Positions 28,167 to 38,206 of a DNA stretch of 64,000 nucleotides are shown here, one piece after another; the stretch's first letter is position 1, and every line of letters starts with the position of its first letter. A program made the translations under genes and the position numbers. The notes beneath the pieces were generated by a model. That model saw only the letters and a list, made by a program, of their open reading frames with translations, had not been told where the DNA came from and did not search any database. The stretch is from the IMG/VR virus record IMGVR_UViG_3300015261_000001, positions 124,001-188,000 of that record, one strand, 5' to 3'.

Positions 28167-30353
28167 ATGGCTCAGGTTACTACACGAGATCGGGACATCA
28201 TCACGAAGTCGTTCCGTATGCTGACCCGCGGTATTGCCCCGAGCGAAGCATTAGACATTCTTGATTGGGACAAATACTTCAACGTCTTCAGCAGTGCAAC
28301 AGGTGACAACCGTTATCTGAACCCAATCGCTCAATGGAGTCCTGCCACTGACCCGCGTTACGGTCGGTTGATGCAGACGCCTGAAGGTGGGTTTGGTTCG
28401 CTGTACAAAGAGATGTACGATGACAACGCAACCCTGCTGACCCTCACCCCTGGTGTGGCGCAGTTCTCAGGCTTGCTGAGTTTCATCACGAACATGTTCT
28501 CGCCAACCGCCGCGATCATTGCGAACAAGGGTCGGGCACCCGGTCTGGCGTTCTACATGGGTCAGGCTATGGGGTCGATTGCGTTCTGGCCAATGCAGCT
28601 TATCAGCATGGGTACACAGTTCCTGCAATTCCTCATGGACTCTCCCCGTCACAACTTCTACACCGTTAAACCAGCGATGGGTGCTTTCACCATGGCGGCT
28701 ACCGGTGTGCTCAACGACCTGATGGTGAAGCTGGGTTACATCGACCCACTGCTGCCTAAACGGGCTCAAGAGCAAAGCGACCCGCTGTACGGTTTGAAGC
28801 CAGACTACGACAACAGCAAGGCGGTCTCTGAACTGAGTCAGCTGATGCCCGACGTAGTAAACGCCGACGGCACCATCGATCTAATGCGTTTGGTCATGAA
28901 AGGTACGCGTAAGCACCGTGTCATGGTCAAGCGTTTGGCAGAGATGGACAACGATACAAACTTGGCAACGGTTGAGGACAAACTCTCCCGGGCTAAGCAG
29001 ATCATTCAAGAAGTCACATTCGACCAGAGTGTTACCGCTGGTAATCCTTCTCAAGATTTTGTTGAAAAGGAAATGGGTACTGTTGGTAAGTACCGGGGTG
29101 ATGGCGAAGCGATGTACATTGAACAGGACAGTGCGTACCTGAGTCAGTCAGCGTACGAGAACATTAACAACGCAGATCAAGGGTTAGGTGGTTTAGGTGG
29201 CAGTACAGGTGGTGGAAGTACGGGCGGCGGCAACACAGCCGGTGGAATGCAAGATATGGGAACGGCTGGCACTTATGGTACTGGGACTCCTCCTATAAAC
29301 CCTAACGAGCGAGCAGGGCGTCCGGGTATGGCAACACCGGATGGTTCCAACAACCCCAACGTGAATGGTGGTAGCCAGATCTACTACGAAGACAACCCGA
29401 ACAACCGTACTTGGGCTGGCGACGTATTCGACTTGGTGAACACTGCTGTGCACGGCGGTATGGACGCGATTACTTTCCGCGTGGAAGGTGGTAGTGGTTC
29501 AGTACGTGACAGTTTCTCTAACGGTCACACTCAGTCCCCTATGGCCGAGAAGTTCAACTCGGTGGTTCGCTCAGCGAACGACTTCCGCTTTGACGTAGCG
29601 GCGGGTAACATCGGTAACGCTTTGATCGACGGTATTGTGAACACCATCAAAGAAGGTGCGATCGGTGCGTTGTCGGGTTCGGTGATTGGCAACATCCCGC
29701 TGGCGTTGGCGAACAACTCCTATGTGAAGATTCCTGATCACTGGAGTGAGTCGAGCAGTAACCTGCATAAAGAAAGCTACACCTTCCACTTCCGTTGCAA
29801 CTACGCTCACCCGTATGAGCAGGTTGTTAAGTTGTGGGTGCCATTCTCGTTGTTGCTGACGATGGTGGCTGGCTTTACTGCGGGTGGTTCGACTTACACC
29901 TCGCCTTTCTACATGAAAGCGTTCAGTAAGTCGCGTACTGTGATCCGTACCGGACTGTGTACTCAGATGGACTTCGAGTTCGGTTCGGGTAACGCGGGTT
30001 GGACTAAAGATCGTAAGCCATTGAACTTGACAGTGAACGCAACTTTCACTGACTTGGAACCTCTGGTAACGGTACCAATCGATCGTTCGATCAGTGTGTT
30101 GGACTTGACCAACCCGAATGCTCTGCTGCAACGGATCTTGTCGGATGATACGGCGTTCACCAACTACCTGACTCGTTTGGCGGGTGTGGATTACTTGGAT
30201 ACCGTGTTGAAGTACTCCCGACTGAACCGTCAGTTGACTCAAACCTTGTTGGGGATTAAGCAGAGCTATCGTGCAGATAACTTTGCTTCCAAGATCAGTG
30301 ACTCCATCGTGGGCGACTTGTCGCGGATCTTCATCAAGCCGATGGCACGTTAA
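28167..30353 (+). CDS. Tail/baseplate structural protein (phiKZ gp182-like)
   Basis: 728 aa directly after the tape-measure-like gene; Gly-rich linker; assignment by synteny. Confidence 0.65.
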   Translation: MAQVTTRDRDIITKSFRMLTRGIAPSEALDILDWDKYFNVFSSATGDNRYLNPIAQWSPATDPRYGRLMQTPEGGFGSLYKEMYDDNATLLTLTPGVAQFSGLLSFITNMFSPTAAIIANKGRAPGLAFYMGQAMGSIAFWPMQLISMGTQFLQFLMDSPRHNFYTVKPAMGAFTMAATGVLNDLMVKLGYIDPLLPKRAQEQSDPLYGLKPDYDNSKAVSELSQLMPDVVNADGTIDLMRLVMKGTRKHRVMVKRLAEMDNDTNLATVEDKLSRAKQIIQEVTFDQSVTAGNPSQDFVEKEMGTVGKYRGDGEAMYIEQDSAYLSQSAYENINNADQGLGGLGGSTGGGSTGGGNTAGGMQDMGTAGTYGTGTPPINPNERAGRPGMATPDGSNNPNVNGGSQIYYEDNPNNRTWAGDVFDLVNTAVHGGMDAITFRVEGGSGSVRDSFSNGHTQSPMAEKFNSVVRSANDFRFDVAAGNIGNALIDGIVNTIKEGAIGALSGSVIGNIPLALANNSYVKIPDHWSESSSNLHKESYTFHFRCNYAHPYEQVVKLWVPFSLLLTMVAGFTAGGSTYTSPFYMKAFSKSRTVIRTGLCTQMDFEFGSGNAGWTKDRKPLNLTVNATFTDLEPLVTVPIDRSISVLDLTNPNALLQRILSDDTAFTNYLTRLAGVDYLDTVLKYSRLNRQLTQTLLGIKQSYRADNFASKISDSIVGDLSRIFIKPMAR

Positions 30354-30372
30354 GGCAAAAAAAAACCCTATA

Positions 30373-30402
30373 CCTACCTTCCCGGTCACCCGGGAAGGTA
30401 GG
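30373..30402. terminator. Intrinsic terminator between convergent genes
   Basis: Perfect 13-bp stem CCTACCTTCCCGG / CCGGGAAGGTAGG; GUGA loop on the minus strand; long A-run on the left. Confidence 0.85.
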
Positions 30403-30409
30403 GAAGGAC

Positions 30410-31507
30410 TTATAAGAGGTTGATGGGTGCATCGGGGAAAGAACCGCTGAGTGCAGCCAACGCACTGCCTTCGCTAAACATACCGCGTGTACACAGCAGA
30501 GGAATCAACTCTTCAACCGGACTGAGTAGAGTAACCATGTCAGGACTGATACGAGAAGTAATCCCCAGATTATAAGCCCGCCCAAATTCCGTTTCACGAT
30601 AGTACCAGTTAGGTCCAATAACAACGTTGAGGAGGTTCAACAGTTTGGTACGCAGTACCGGGTAGTCTTCCGGGTAAGCGTCATCAGCAAAGGTGAACTT
30701 GGAAAACAAGGTAGCCACAAAAGTAGGGTACTTGTTCAACAAAGCGTTACGACCCTGCACATCGAGCATAGCCACAACAGCATCTACGCTTTCGATGTCA
30801 CCGTTGGTGATCATGTGTTGCATGGCTTGAATGAACGCATCCTGACGCAAGCCGACGTAAGGGTAATTGTCCCACAACGATTTGTAGGCGTCCTTCATAC
30901 CAAACAGCGCGGTGTTGTACAAGATCGAGTTGTACATTGACGACTTAACCGAAACATCGACAAAGTCGTCGAGACCAGTTAACTTCACCAACCCATCGAG
31001 TACGGCGTTACCCATGTTGCCACGCCAGTTACCGTTAACGCTAAACGTTTTACCGTTGGTCTGAATCAACTGCCCCACGTTTAAACCAGTGAGGCGCTTG
31101 AACTCGTTGGTAGCCATGTTAGCGATTTGCTGCATGGCGCCAGTTTGACCATACACCGGATAGCCGAGGTTGCCACCGACCGCGCTGATGATGTCGTCAG
31201 TGTCGAACTTGACACCGTCGGGACCGACCTTAATAGCCTTGGTCAGGTCTACCGTGTTGAGCAGACCACCAGAGAGTGCGCCAACAATACCGTCCAGCTG
31301 CTCAACGATGCTAGAACGATAGTTGGTAATACGACCCTTAACACTGGTGTCGTTTTGGTTAGTGAGCGCAATACCTTCTTGTAGGCGATTAGTGGTAACG
31401 TCGATTGGCGTAAGGACGTTCCCCTTGACATCCTGCATCGAGGTATTGGTACTTTTCTTAAACGATTGCAACCCCTTGTCGAGGTCAAATCCATCGAGAA
31501 GTCCCAT
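30410..31507 (-). CDS. Putative virion structural protein
   Basis: Likely start MGLLDG at 31507 (GGAG RBS; 365 aa); composition typical of phiKZ-like structural genes. Confidence 0.55.
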   Translation of the reverse strand: MGLLDGFDLDKGLQSFKKSTNTSMQDVKGNVLTPIDVTTNRLQEGIALTNQNDTSVKGRITNYRSSIVEQLDGIVGALSGGLLNTVDLTKAIKVGPDGVKFDTDDIISAVGGNLGYPVYGQTGAMQQIANMATNEFKRLTGLNVGQLIQTNGKTFSVNGNWRGNMGNAVLDGLVKLTGLDDFVDVSVKSSMYNSILYNTALFGMKDAYKSLWDNYPYVGLRQDAFIQAMQHMITNGDIESVDAVVAMLDVQGRNALLNKYPTFVATLFSKFTFADDAYPEDYPVLRTKLLNLLNVVIGPNWYYRETEFGRAYNLGITSRISPDMVTLLSPVEELIPLLCTRGMFSEGSALAALSGSFPDAPINLL

Positions 31508-31543
31508 GAATGTAAAACTCCAGAAAAAAAAATAGGTGACCAA

Positions 31544-31569
31544 GAGTAGGTGGGCATGCCCACCTACTC
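31544..31569 (-). terminator. Intrinsic terminator
   Basis: Near-perfect palindrome GAGTAGGTGGGC-AT-GCCCACCTACTC followed by T9 on the minus strand. Confidence 0.75.
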
Positions 31570-31575
31570 CTGCAA

Positions 31576-32130
31576 TCATTCTTTCGACGGGGCTTCATCT
31601 ACGATCAGTGGTTTCTTCAAGCGGGAGCTGCCTACTACCCGAATGTTTTCACTGACCTCAAATACTTCCCCGTTTTCGTCAACCACTTCAATAGTGATTT
31701 TGCAAGACTGCATCCGTATAATTGACAAGCCTTCCAGAAGTTTGTTGAAAGTCAACGTGTGCTTTTGGAAGTAAGTATCTTTAATGTTGCCTTGTCGAGT
31801 TACCCGTTCAATCTTGGCACGCTGTGGATCCTCTGTCGTGACCACGTAATCCAGATAGTCCCTTAAGTAAGCTGCCCATTTACGAGGGTTCATACCTAAT
31901 TTGTTCAGTATCCCACGGAATAAACGCGCGGGTGCATCGTGTAACTGATTATCTGGAACGTATTTGTGCGAAATGCCGTCCATACGCGCGGCACGTAGTT
32001 TGCGTTCTCCTGCTTGATTAGATGTTTGAGCGGCCGGTGGTTCTTCTGCGACGGTCTTGTGAGGAACTTTCTTGTCAGACCATCGTGACATCCTGCCCGC
32101 TACCGGAGTGAGTTGTCTTCCTTTTTCCAT
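31576..32130 (-). CDS. Hypothetical basic protein
   Basis: 184 aa; abuts the upstream gene (stop/start adjacent). Confidence 0.65.
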   Translation of the reverse strand: MEKGRQLTPVAGRMSRWSDKKVPHKTVAEEPPAAQTSNQAGERKLRAARMDGISHKYVPDNQLHDAPARLFRGILNKLGMNPRKWAAYLRDYLDYVVTTEDPQRAKIERVTRQGNIKDTYFQKHTLTFNKLLEGLSIIRMQSCKITIEVVDENGEVFEVSENIRVVGSSRLKKPLIVDEAPSKE

Positions 32131-32733
32131 CTACCCTCCCGTACGCTGTGTCAACACTACTATCAAAGATTGAATAAGATCCAAGATAAGTAGCCGGAAC
32201 CACTTACTACCAATAAAGGTTTCAGTGACTTCGTTACATTCAATTTCCTTCTGAGTAAACGGAATACCGTCCTCATCAGGTCCCCGAGGCACTTTACTGC
32301 AATACACATGAAGCAACCAGGTCATACCGCTAACGAATCCGTTGTACGAGAACTCGTTACTGAACCAATCCAGAAACTCGTCGCGTCGACCTGCCCCAAC
32401 CGACTTGAAGAATTCTTCGTGACTGACGTACACACCGTTAGTGAGTTTGTCTAACAGCTTGTGAGCGTCTCCAGAGGTCTTTGTGTGAGCAATCATGACG
32501 TAGTTATGAAAGTTACTCACATCGATGTCTAAAGGGGCTTTCAGGGCCTTTAAACAATCGTATAGATCATGTAGCTGGGTAGAGAACCGAACCGATGCAC
32601 TGGAGAACCGCGCTTCGATTGTTTCCAATCGGGTCAACAGCGATTTATCCAGTCTGGATTGAAAGTGATCCCCCACTACCGGCCAGCCACTCATTACTTT
32701 CAACATGCCGTGCTGCGTTAGTTTCATAAGCAT
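32131..32733 (-). CDS. Hypothetical protein
   Basis: 200 aa; AGGAG RBS; first gene after the promoter motif at 32755. Confidence 0.65.
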   Translation of the reverse strand: MLMKLTQHGMLKVMSGWPVVGDHFQSRLDKSLLTRLETIEARFSSASVRFSTQLHDLYDCLKALKAPLDIDVSNFHNYVMIAHTKTSGDAHKLLDKLTNGVYVSHEEFFKSVGAGRRDEFLDWFSNEFSYNGFVSGMTWLLHVYCSKVPRGPDEDGIPFTQKEIECNEVTETFIGSKWFRLLILDLIQSLIVVLTQRTGG

Positions 32734-32754
32734 CGCTCCTAATATTCTGTATTA

Positions 32755-32764
32755 GTAATATAGG
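32755..32764 (-). promoter_or_regulatory. Putative phage early promoter (CCTATATTAC)
   Basis: + strand ATTAGTAATATAGGTCTAAAATAC versus ATTAGTAATATAGGTTTCAAATAC at ~58215. Confidence 0.65.
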
Positions 32765-32775
32765 TCTAAAATACC

Positions 32776-33288
32776 ATGGACAACCAAGAGAAACCCAAGA
32801 AAGAATACAAAAAGGCCGAACCACTTGATATGGATAAAATGCAGAAGGTGCTTGAAGAGCTTCGCATTGCAATGGTCGGTACTGAAGAAGACGTGGATCA
32901 GGAAGCTCTGGTCAAGATGATCCAGAAGAACCGCGCCTTCCTGCTCGAGTACGCCATGGCGGCCTACCTGGACAACCCTCGGAACGGTGAACTGTTGGGC
33001 AGTGTGACCTCGATCATCGCTGCTCTGGAAAAGTGCGTTCGTGAAGATCGTAAAGAACGCATGAAGAAGAAGGACCAGGAAAACAACGCCATCGGCTTCA
33101 ACCAGATGATGGAAGCGCTGCAAAACATCTCCAACGGTGGTGTGCGCATGCCGGTGTTCGACTTCAAAGACTTCATCCTCGATCCGAACAAACCCATCAT
33201 GGAAACTGACGCTACGATGGACCCGATCAATGATGATGAGTTGGTCATGGGAAATGCGCTGGTCGATATAGATGGTCAAGCGGTATAA
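32776..33288 (+). CDS. Hypothetical protein
   Basis: 170-aa helical, charged ORF with strong codon bias. Confidence 0.7.
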   Translation: MDNQEKPKKEYKKAEPLDMDKMQKVLEELRIAMVGTEEDVDQEALVKMIQKNRAFLLEYAMAAYLDNPRNGELLGSVTSIIAALEKCVREDRKERMKKKDQENNAIGFNQMMEALQNISNGGVRMPVFDFKDFILDPNKPIMETDATMDPINDDELVMGNALVDIDGQAV

Positions 33289-33345
33289 GAAAAAATGAAC
33301 ATACTACTAACTGTGCAGGGTCGCCCCTGCACAGTTAGGTATGGG

Positions 33346-34119
33346 TTATTCATAGTCGTAGAACGACCGGTCAATCGGCACAACCTTGAAAACCGCCGCA
33401 ACGCCCAAGGAACAGGCAAAGATACGATCGCCAATGGAACCTTCGAATGCTTCGTTTTCCTGTACCAACAGATCTGGCACAATAAACGTAGTACCCGGAA
33501 TAGGTGGGCTGCCGATGCTGTCCATCAGAGGTTTGTATTCCTCGTTGAGCAGCAGGTCGTACTTAAACACGTAGTCGAACTGCTTGTAGTAGTTAACCGT
33601 AGCAGAACGCGTGTCAGCAGAGATCACCTTGACATCCACTCGACCGCCGAAGCGAGTCTTGCAGTGAGCCACCAGACTTTCGCTCAACGCATCGTCGAAC
33701 TCGTACGGGAACACGTTGATCGTCAACACCACACCCTTAATCGAGATCGGTGCTTCCGTCAACTGCTCCTGATCCACCACCACCTTCAAGAACTTGTTCA
33801 TGAAGTTAGTCGGGTAGTAACCGAACGCCCAGTCCTTGATCGAACGCTGTTTCACCAAGGCTTTCAGCTTTGCTTTGTCGAACTGAATGAATGGATACTC
33901 GAAAGTGTCCATCCGGCGTTGTTGATAGTTCCGAGCAACGTACAGATCCCACAGCTTGTCGCCTTCCAGTCGTCGGCGCTCATTGAACTCAGCCACTTCA
34001 TCTTCGGTGGCGTTGTCTTTGAGACCGGTCATGCCAGCAGTGATGAACTTCTGGATGAGAGCACGGCGGTAATCGAACAAACTGTCAACGTCAGCATACG
34101 CTTCAATCGTCTTGTTCAT
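33346..34119 (-). CDS. Hypothetical protein (phiKZ gp147-like position)
   Basis: 257 aa; overlapping operon with the vRNAP beta-C gene. Confidence 0.65.
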   Translation of the reverse strand: MNKTIEAYADVDSLFDYRRALIQKFITAGMTGLKDNATEDEVAEFNERRRLEGDKLWDLYVARNYQQRRMDTFEYPFIQFDKAKLKALVKQRSIKDWAFGYYPTNFMNKFLKVVVDQEQLTEAPISIKGVVLTINVFPYEFDDALSESLVAHCKTRFGGRVDVKVISADTRSATVNYYKQFDYVFKYDLLLNEEYKPLMDSIGSPPIPGTTFIVPDLLVQENEAFEGSIGDRIFACSLGVAAVFKVVPIDRSFYDYE

Positions 34120-34562
34120 TGATTACCTCCTTGACCGGCTTGTGGATCAGGCGGCAGTTCAGCGGTAGCCATCGGGAAGTCATCCAGATAGATACGGAAG
34201 GCCAGAGCAATCAAGAAACTGTAACGCTCGAAGTCTTTCGGATCCTGGATGTCCAACGCTTCACCACCTTCAGTCGTACCCACCACTTCTTTAAACATGC
34301 TGGCCAACTGTTTGATAGCGCCTTGTTCTTCGCCCAGAGCAGTGATCACACGCATTTGCACGTTCAACCACATGTCGTAGGTGTCAGACTTCTGTGCCAC
34401 ACTGTTAATGAAAGCAGTGTACGCTTCGTCGAAACGAATCAACGGGCGTTGCAGCAGACTTCTGAAGTTGTAGAGGATGCCGGGCCGGGCGGTATCTTTA
34501 ACCAGCTCGGCATAAACCTCTTTGATCACGATGCTTAAATGATAAAGCTTATCCATGGTCAA
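34116..34562 (-). CDS. Hypothetical protein (phiKZ gp148-like position)
   Basis: 148 aa; 4-nt overlaps with both neighbours. Confidence 0.65.
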   Translation of the reverse strand: MTMDKLYHLSIVIKEVYAELVKDTARPGILYNFRSLLQRPLIRFDEAYTAFINSVAQKSDTYDMWLNVQMRVITALGEEQGAIKQLASMFKEVVGTTEGGEALDIQDPKDFERYSFLIALAFRIYLDDFPMATAELPPDPQAGQGGNQ

Positions 34563-35239
34563 TCCTTCCGGTGGATGTTGGTGTCGATGTGGCGTCCCCG
34601 GAATAGACGGTGAACGGTATTGAGCACCTTAGTGCCTGAGCCTTTGCGCAGGCTACCGTTGGTGGTCGTACTCCCGACGGTAACCAAATCGTTCTTGTAC
34701 GCTTTGAGGGCGTCCTGGTCACCACCTTTAACGTTGTACAGCTCGTTGGCCATGGTGTGCAGCCCGAGGTTACGCAGTACCGTAATTTCCGGTGAACTGA
34801 TACCTGTACTTCGACTGTCACCCATCACCTGACCAGTCAGATCGTCGATCTGGTAGTCGTTCTTGGAAGCGCTGAACTTCTTCGCCCACATTTGGCGTTG
34901 CTTACGTGCTTCAGCGCGACCGACAATACCTTTGTTCGGGTTGAGAGACTTGATCCCGGTATCTTCATCGAAGACCACCAGTTGTTGCATGATCTCTACA
35001 CCGTACTCTTTACACAGCTTGAGCAAGTTGTCGTAGTCAAGCTTTTCTTTGGGGTCATAGTTACTCGCCCAAATTGCCAGCGCGTTCCCCTGTGCTAGCC
35101 ATTCAACCCACCCGTCCATTTGTTTATCGGACATGGTGGCGAAGATGCGTTCGTAAATGACCTTGTTACCGCCACCTCGGGTAACTTTAGCCATGAAGGT
35201 CAAGATGAAGTCTTCAAAACCCTTCCGATTGGTAGCCAT
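34559..35239 (-). CDS. Virion RNA polymerase beta C-terminal subunit (phiKZ gp149-like)
   Basis: RKQRQMWAKK...TGQVMGDSR...SSPEITVLRNLG...ELYNVKGGD parallels the RpoB C-terminal QP..G...GEMEV..L.AYG...E.LTVKSDD. Confidence 0.8.
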   Translation of the reverse strand: MATNRKGFEDFILTFMAKVTRGGGNKVIYERIFATMSDKQMDGWVEWLAQGNALAIWASNYDPKEKLDYDNLLKLCKEYGVEIMQQLVVFDEDTGIKSLNPNKGIVGRAEARKQRQMWAKKFSASKNDYQIDDLTGQVMGDSRSTGISSPEITVLRNLGLHTMANELYNVKGGDQDALKAYKNDLVTVGSTTTNGSLRKGSGTKVLNTVHRLFRGRHIDTNIHRKD

Positions 35240-35616
35240 TACGACTTCCTTGGATATCTGTAATGAGTGAACGTCTTGTTACCCGAAGTCACCACTTCCC
35301 TGGCGGACTCAATGTAAGGGTCTTTCTCGACGGTACTGATCGCCATCAACTCGTCAAAGAACATCGACGCGTTTTCCAGCGTTTGACTGAACAAAGTTTT
35401 GTTACGATCGTTGACTTCGATGATCGGGATGCTGTTGTCAATGTTGGCAATCCCGTACTTACCACTGACTGTATGAATCACAGCCGTGCCGTTGTGCAGT
35501 TCCGCTACCCGAACTTTCAGTGTTTCAACATAAGTGTGCGGGTCTTTGCACAGATTGATAAAGTTACTGTCAGCTACCACAAGGATGGTCGTGGAAGGTA
35601 CTTCAATTGGGTCCAT
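35239..35616 (-). CDS. Hypothetical protein
   Basis: 125 aa; TAATG overlap with the vRNAP beta-C gene. Confidence 0.65.
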   Translation of the reverse strand: MDPIEVPSTTILVVADSNFINLCKDPHTYVETLKVRVAELHNGTAVIHTVSGKYGIANIDNSIPIIEVNDRNKTLFSQTLENASMFFDELMAISTVEKDPYIESAREVVTSGNKTFTHYRYPRKS

Positions 35617-35643
35617 GGGGTGGCATTCCTTTTAATTATGGAT

Positions 35644-35680
35644 AAGTAGGGGAGACAAGCCTCAGGAGTCTCCCCTACTT
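35644..35680. terminator. Hairpin after the recombinase gene
   Basis: 13-bp perfect stem AAGTAGGGGAGAC / GTCTCCCCTACTT with an 11-nt loop. Confidence 0.6.
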
Positions 35681-35682
35681 AC

Positions 35683-37173
35683 TTAGGCGGCTTTCTTAAC
35701 GGCAGGCTTGACCGAGTTGGTAAACGGTCCTGGCTCACGGCCGATCCAGTAAGGCTCGCGCTCACCGATAGCGATACGAATCAATTCGTGGGTCGTAACG
35801 GTGTGTTTCTTGATGTCCGGGTTCGTGAACCAGTAGTCCACAGTGTTCTCCAGGATATCGTTCCAGTCCAAGCCGCGGGCGACGATCTTCTCGTACAATT
35901 CCTGCGGTGTAATCCGGTACTTCTTCTCCAGGTTCAAATGGAAGGTCTGCTGGAACCACATGTGGTAAAGAATGGTGTAAGCCCGCTCCATTTTGCGGTC
36001 TTCAACAATCTTGTTCCAGATAGTAGTACGACCCGCATTACCTTCTGGATACAGGATGCACCAGTGGTTACGATCAGAACCGTCCATGCCGAAGTACTTG
36101 TTAGTCTTCAGCGTGTGATACATGGTCAGTCCTTCCTGAATCCCCAGAGACTGACTGCCGATGAAGAAGGCGTTAATACCCGACATACCAGCCTTGTTAC
36201 GATACGGCTGATTGGTGTAGTACATCAAGTCAGGGATTTCTTTGGCGTCGGTAGAAATCTCGACGTCTTTACCAAACGGGTTTGGATACATCCATTCCTG
36301 TCCCTGCTTCATCTGACTGCCTTTGATGATCTCGTGACCAATCTGAGGCAGGCGCATCATCGACTTCGGCCCTTTCAACTTCTTGCCGGGACGAATGTAG
36401 ACGGATTCCTTTTCTTCTGGACGACCGGTCAGGTTGATCTTGTCAACCATCTGAGCAGTCCACATTTGGTACACACCGGACGTGCCACCCAGAACATCCG
36501 CATCTTCGTACACGATGCGACGCAGGTTACCGATGGCCAAGTCGCGCGTCTTCTTCGCACCACCTTCGTCGACCTCGCCTTCCTGGAAGTGTTCGGAAAC
36601 CTTCTGGAAGTGCATTTCAGAGATGGAGTCAACCACGGTGAAGATCGGAGTAATGATCTTCATTGGTTCGCCGTCGTTGCCCAAGTACGGGGTGGTGGTG
36701 TAAATGTCTTTCTTGTTCTTGATCTCTTCCTTGATCCAGCCAGCGATCGACTTGAACTTGTCGTGAACGAACGTACCGTCGCACGGGTTCTTGATGTCGT
36801 TGCGGGAGAAGTAGAAGAAACGCTTGTTGAGGATCTTCTCGCGGAAGTAGCCAGGGATACCGATCTCACGGTCAACTGCTTCTTCCAGACGGTCAACGTC
36901 GAAGGTGCCTTCAATGTCGAAGAAGAACACGACACTACCGTCGTAACGCACCAGTACCCGCACCATGGCCAATACTGTGAAACCGGTTTTCTGTGTGTTG
37001 TTACCACCTGCTACAGCGTTGTTACGGCACAGCCCACCGTTGTTGTAGCTGACCCCCATAGGTCCAATGGTGTTGTTGCAGTTCAGCATATCGAACACTG
37101 GTGAAAAGTTCAGTGTTGGAATCAAGGTATCCGAGGATTCTAAACCTTCTACAAAGCTAAAGGGCGTTGACAT
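35683..37173 (-). CDS. UvsX/RecA-like recombinase (phiKZ gp152-like)
   Basis: Walker A-like GGNNTQKT, FFDIEGT, Walker B VVDSISE and WTAQ motifs. Confidence 0.8.
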   Translation of the reverse strand: MSTPFSFVEGLESSDTLIPTLNFSPVFDMLNCNNTIGPMGVSYNNGGLCRNNAVAGGNNTQKTGFTVLAMVRVLVRYDGSVVFFFDIEGTFDVDRLEEAVDREIGIPGYFREKILNKRFFYFSRNDIKNPCDGTFVHDKFKSIAGWIKEEIKNKKDIYTTTPYLGNDGEPMKIITPIFTVVDSISEMHFQKVSEHFQEGEVDEGGAKKTRDLAIGNLRRIVYEDADVLGGTSGVYQMWTAQMVDKINLTGRPEEKESVYIRPGKKLKGPKSMMRLPQIGHEIIKGSQMKQGQEWMYPNPFGKDVEISTDAKEIPDLMYYTNQPYRNKAGMSGINAFFIGSQSLGIQEGLTMYHTLKTNKYFGMDGSDRNHWCILYPEGNAGRTTIWNKIVEDRKMERAYTILYHMWFQQTFHLNLEKKYRITPQELYEKIVARGLDWNDILENTVDYWFTNPDIKKHTVTTHELIRIAIGEREPYWIGREPGPFTNSVKPAVKKAA

Positions 37174-37282
37174 ACTCTATTCAATCCTAATGATATTTTA
37201 TGAACTTTAACCAAGGGCGTACCGCCCATTCCGAATGGGCAAACTCAGCCCCGCCTTAACTATACATATGCCGAGGTCAGTG

Positions 37283-38146
37283 ATGGAAAATTCCGATCAA
37301 AACTCGTTTGAAGCTGTTTACAAAGAAGCAGCTGAAGAACTTGAGGCAATGGGTTTCATTGCCGCCGTAAAGAGCCCTGACCGTTTGTCGGTAACAGGTG
37401 TCGAAGAACTGAGCATGAGCGAGAGCTTCAGCCAATTCTTCAAAGAGTTCTCGATCTCGATCGACCGTAAGTTTGCATCGTTCTCGCGATCGGTACATCA
37501 GGTTGACAGTGATGCCTTGCGCCGCGCCGTCAAGAACCGCAACATCGTTTACCTCAAGAACACCGGCATCGATATCGCTGTGCCAGCCAACTATTCGCCC
37601 GGCATCGCCAATATGATGATGCACGTCAAAGGGGTGACCGAAGGTGTGTTCCTGATCAGCTGCCTGAAAACGGAAGCAGTAAGGCTATACGATTGGCTTA
37701 AGCAGATTGTGAAGAAGGGTCGCCCTGACACTCAATTCCGCTGGTCGGTGTCCAACTTCGATGTCGCTGTGGATCGTGGTGCTGACTTCATCCGCGGCCT
37801 GCCGGACGAGAACCGTCGTCATAAAGCCCCTCTGGGTCAAGTCTACGTCAACTTCGAAGAAATGTTCGATGTGATGGACTGCTTCAACTCCGTCGCCAAG
37901 CAGTTGGGCGCACGCGATGCCGAGATCGCAGCCAAAGAGTTGCAGAACACTTACGAGATGGGTCAGCTGCTGATCGAAAAGATCAAGAGCAACGAACTCA
38001 CTTTCGACAAGGCAACCGTGCTGGATATCGAAGTGACCATCAACAACTTCGTCAACCTGGTCAACCTGTGTGGCGCAATGATGACTCTGTTGAACGAGTT
38101 GAGCGCTGTGCTGCGTGAACAGATCAACACCGTCACCAAGCTGTAA
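37283..38146 (+). CDS. Putative internal head protein (phiKZ gp153-like)
   Basis: Likely start MENSDQ at 37283 (GAGG RBS; 287 aa); G-V-E and S-x-E protease-type sites before SFSQFF. Confidence 0.6.
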   Translation: MENSDQNSFEAVYKEAAEELEAMGFIAAVKSPDRLSVTGVEELSMSESFSQFFKEFSISIDRKFASFSRSVHQVDSDALRRAVKNRNIVYLKNTGIDIAVPANYSPGIANMMMHVKGVTEGVFLISCLKTEAVRLYDWLKQIVKKGRPDTQFRWSVSNFDVAVDRGADFIRGLPDENRRHKAPLGQVYVNFEEMFDVMDCFNSVAKQLGARDAEIAAKELQNTYEMGQLLIEKIKSNELTFDKATVLDIEVTINNFVNLVNLCGAMMTLLNELSAVLREQINTVTKL

Positions 38147-38160
38147 AGCAAAAAGAAAGC

Positions 38161-38197
38161 TACCCCTACCCAGCCTGTAGAGGGCTGGGTAGGGGTA
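38161..38197. terminator. Intrinsic terminator between convergent genes
   Basis: 15-bp perfect stem TACCCCTACCCAGCC / GGCTGGGTAGGGGTA; GCAAAAAG on the left. Confidence 0.85.
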
Positions 38198-38206
38198 TAA
38201 CCGCAT

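Noticed and set aside
35788-37104. 438-aa plus-strand ORF
   Set aside because: Exact antisense of the UvsX/RecA-like gene; no independent features.
35683-37173. Non-canonical Walker A (GGNNTQKT) as evidence of an inactive recombinase
   Set aside because: Lys-Thr and Walker B are retained, and jumbo-phage UvsX proteins commonly have divergent P-loops.
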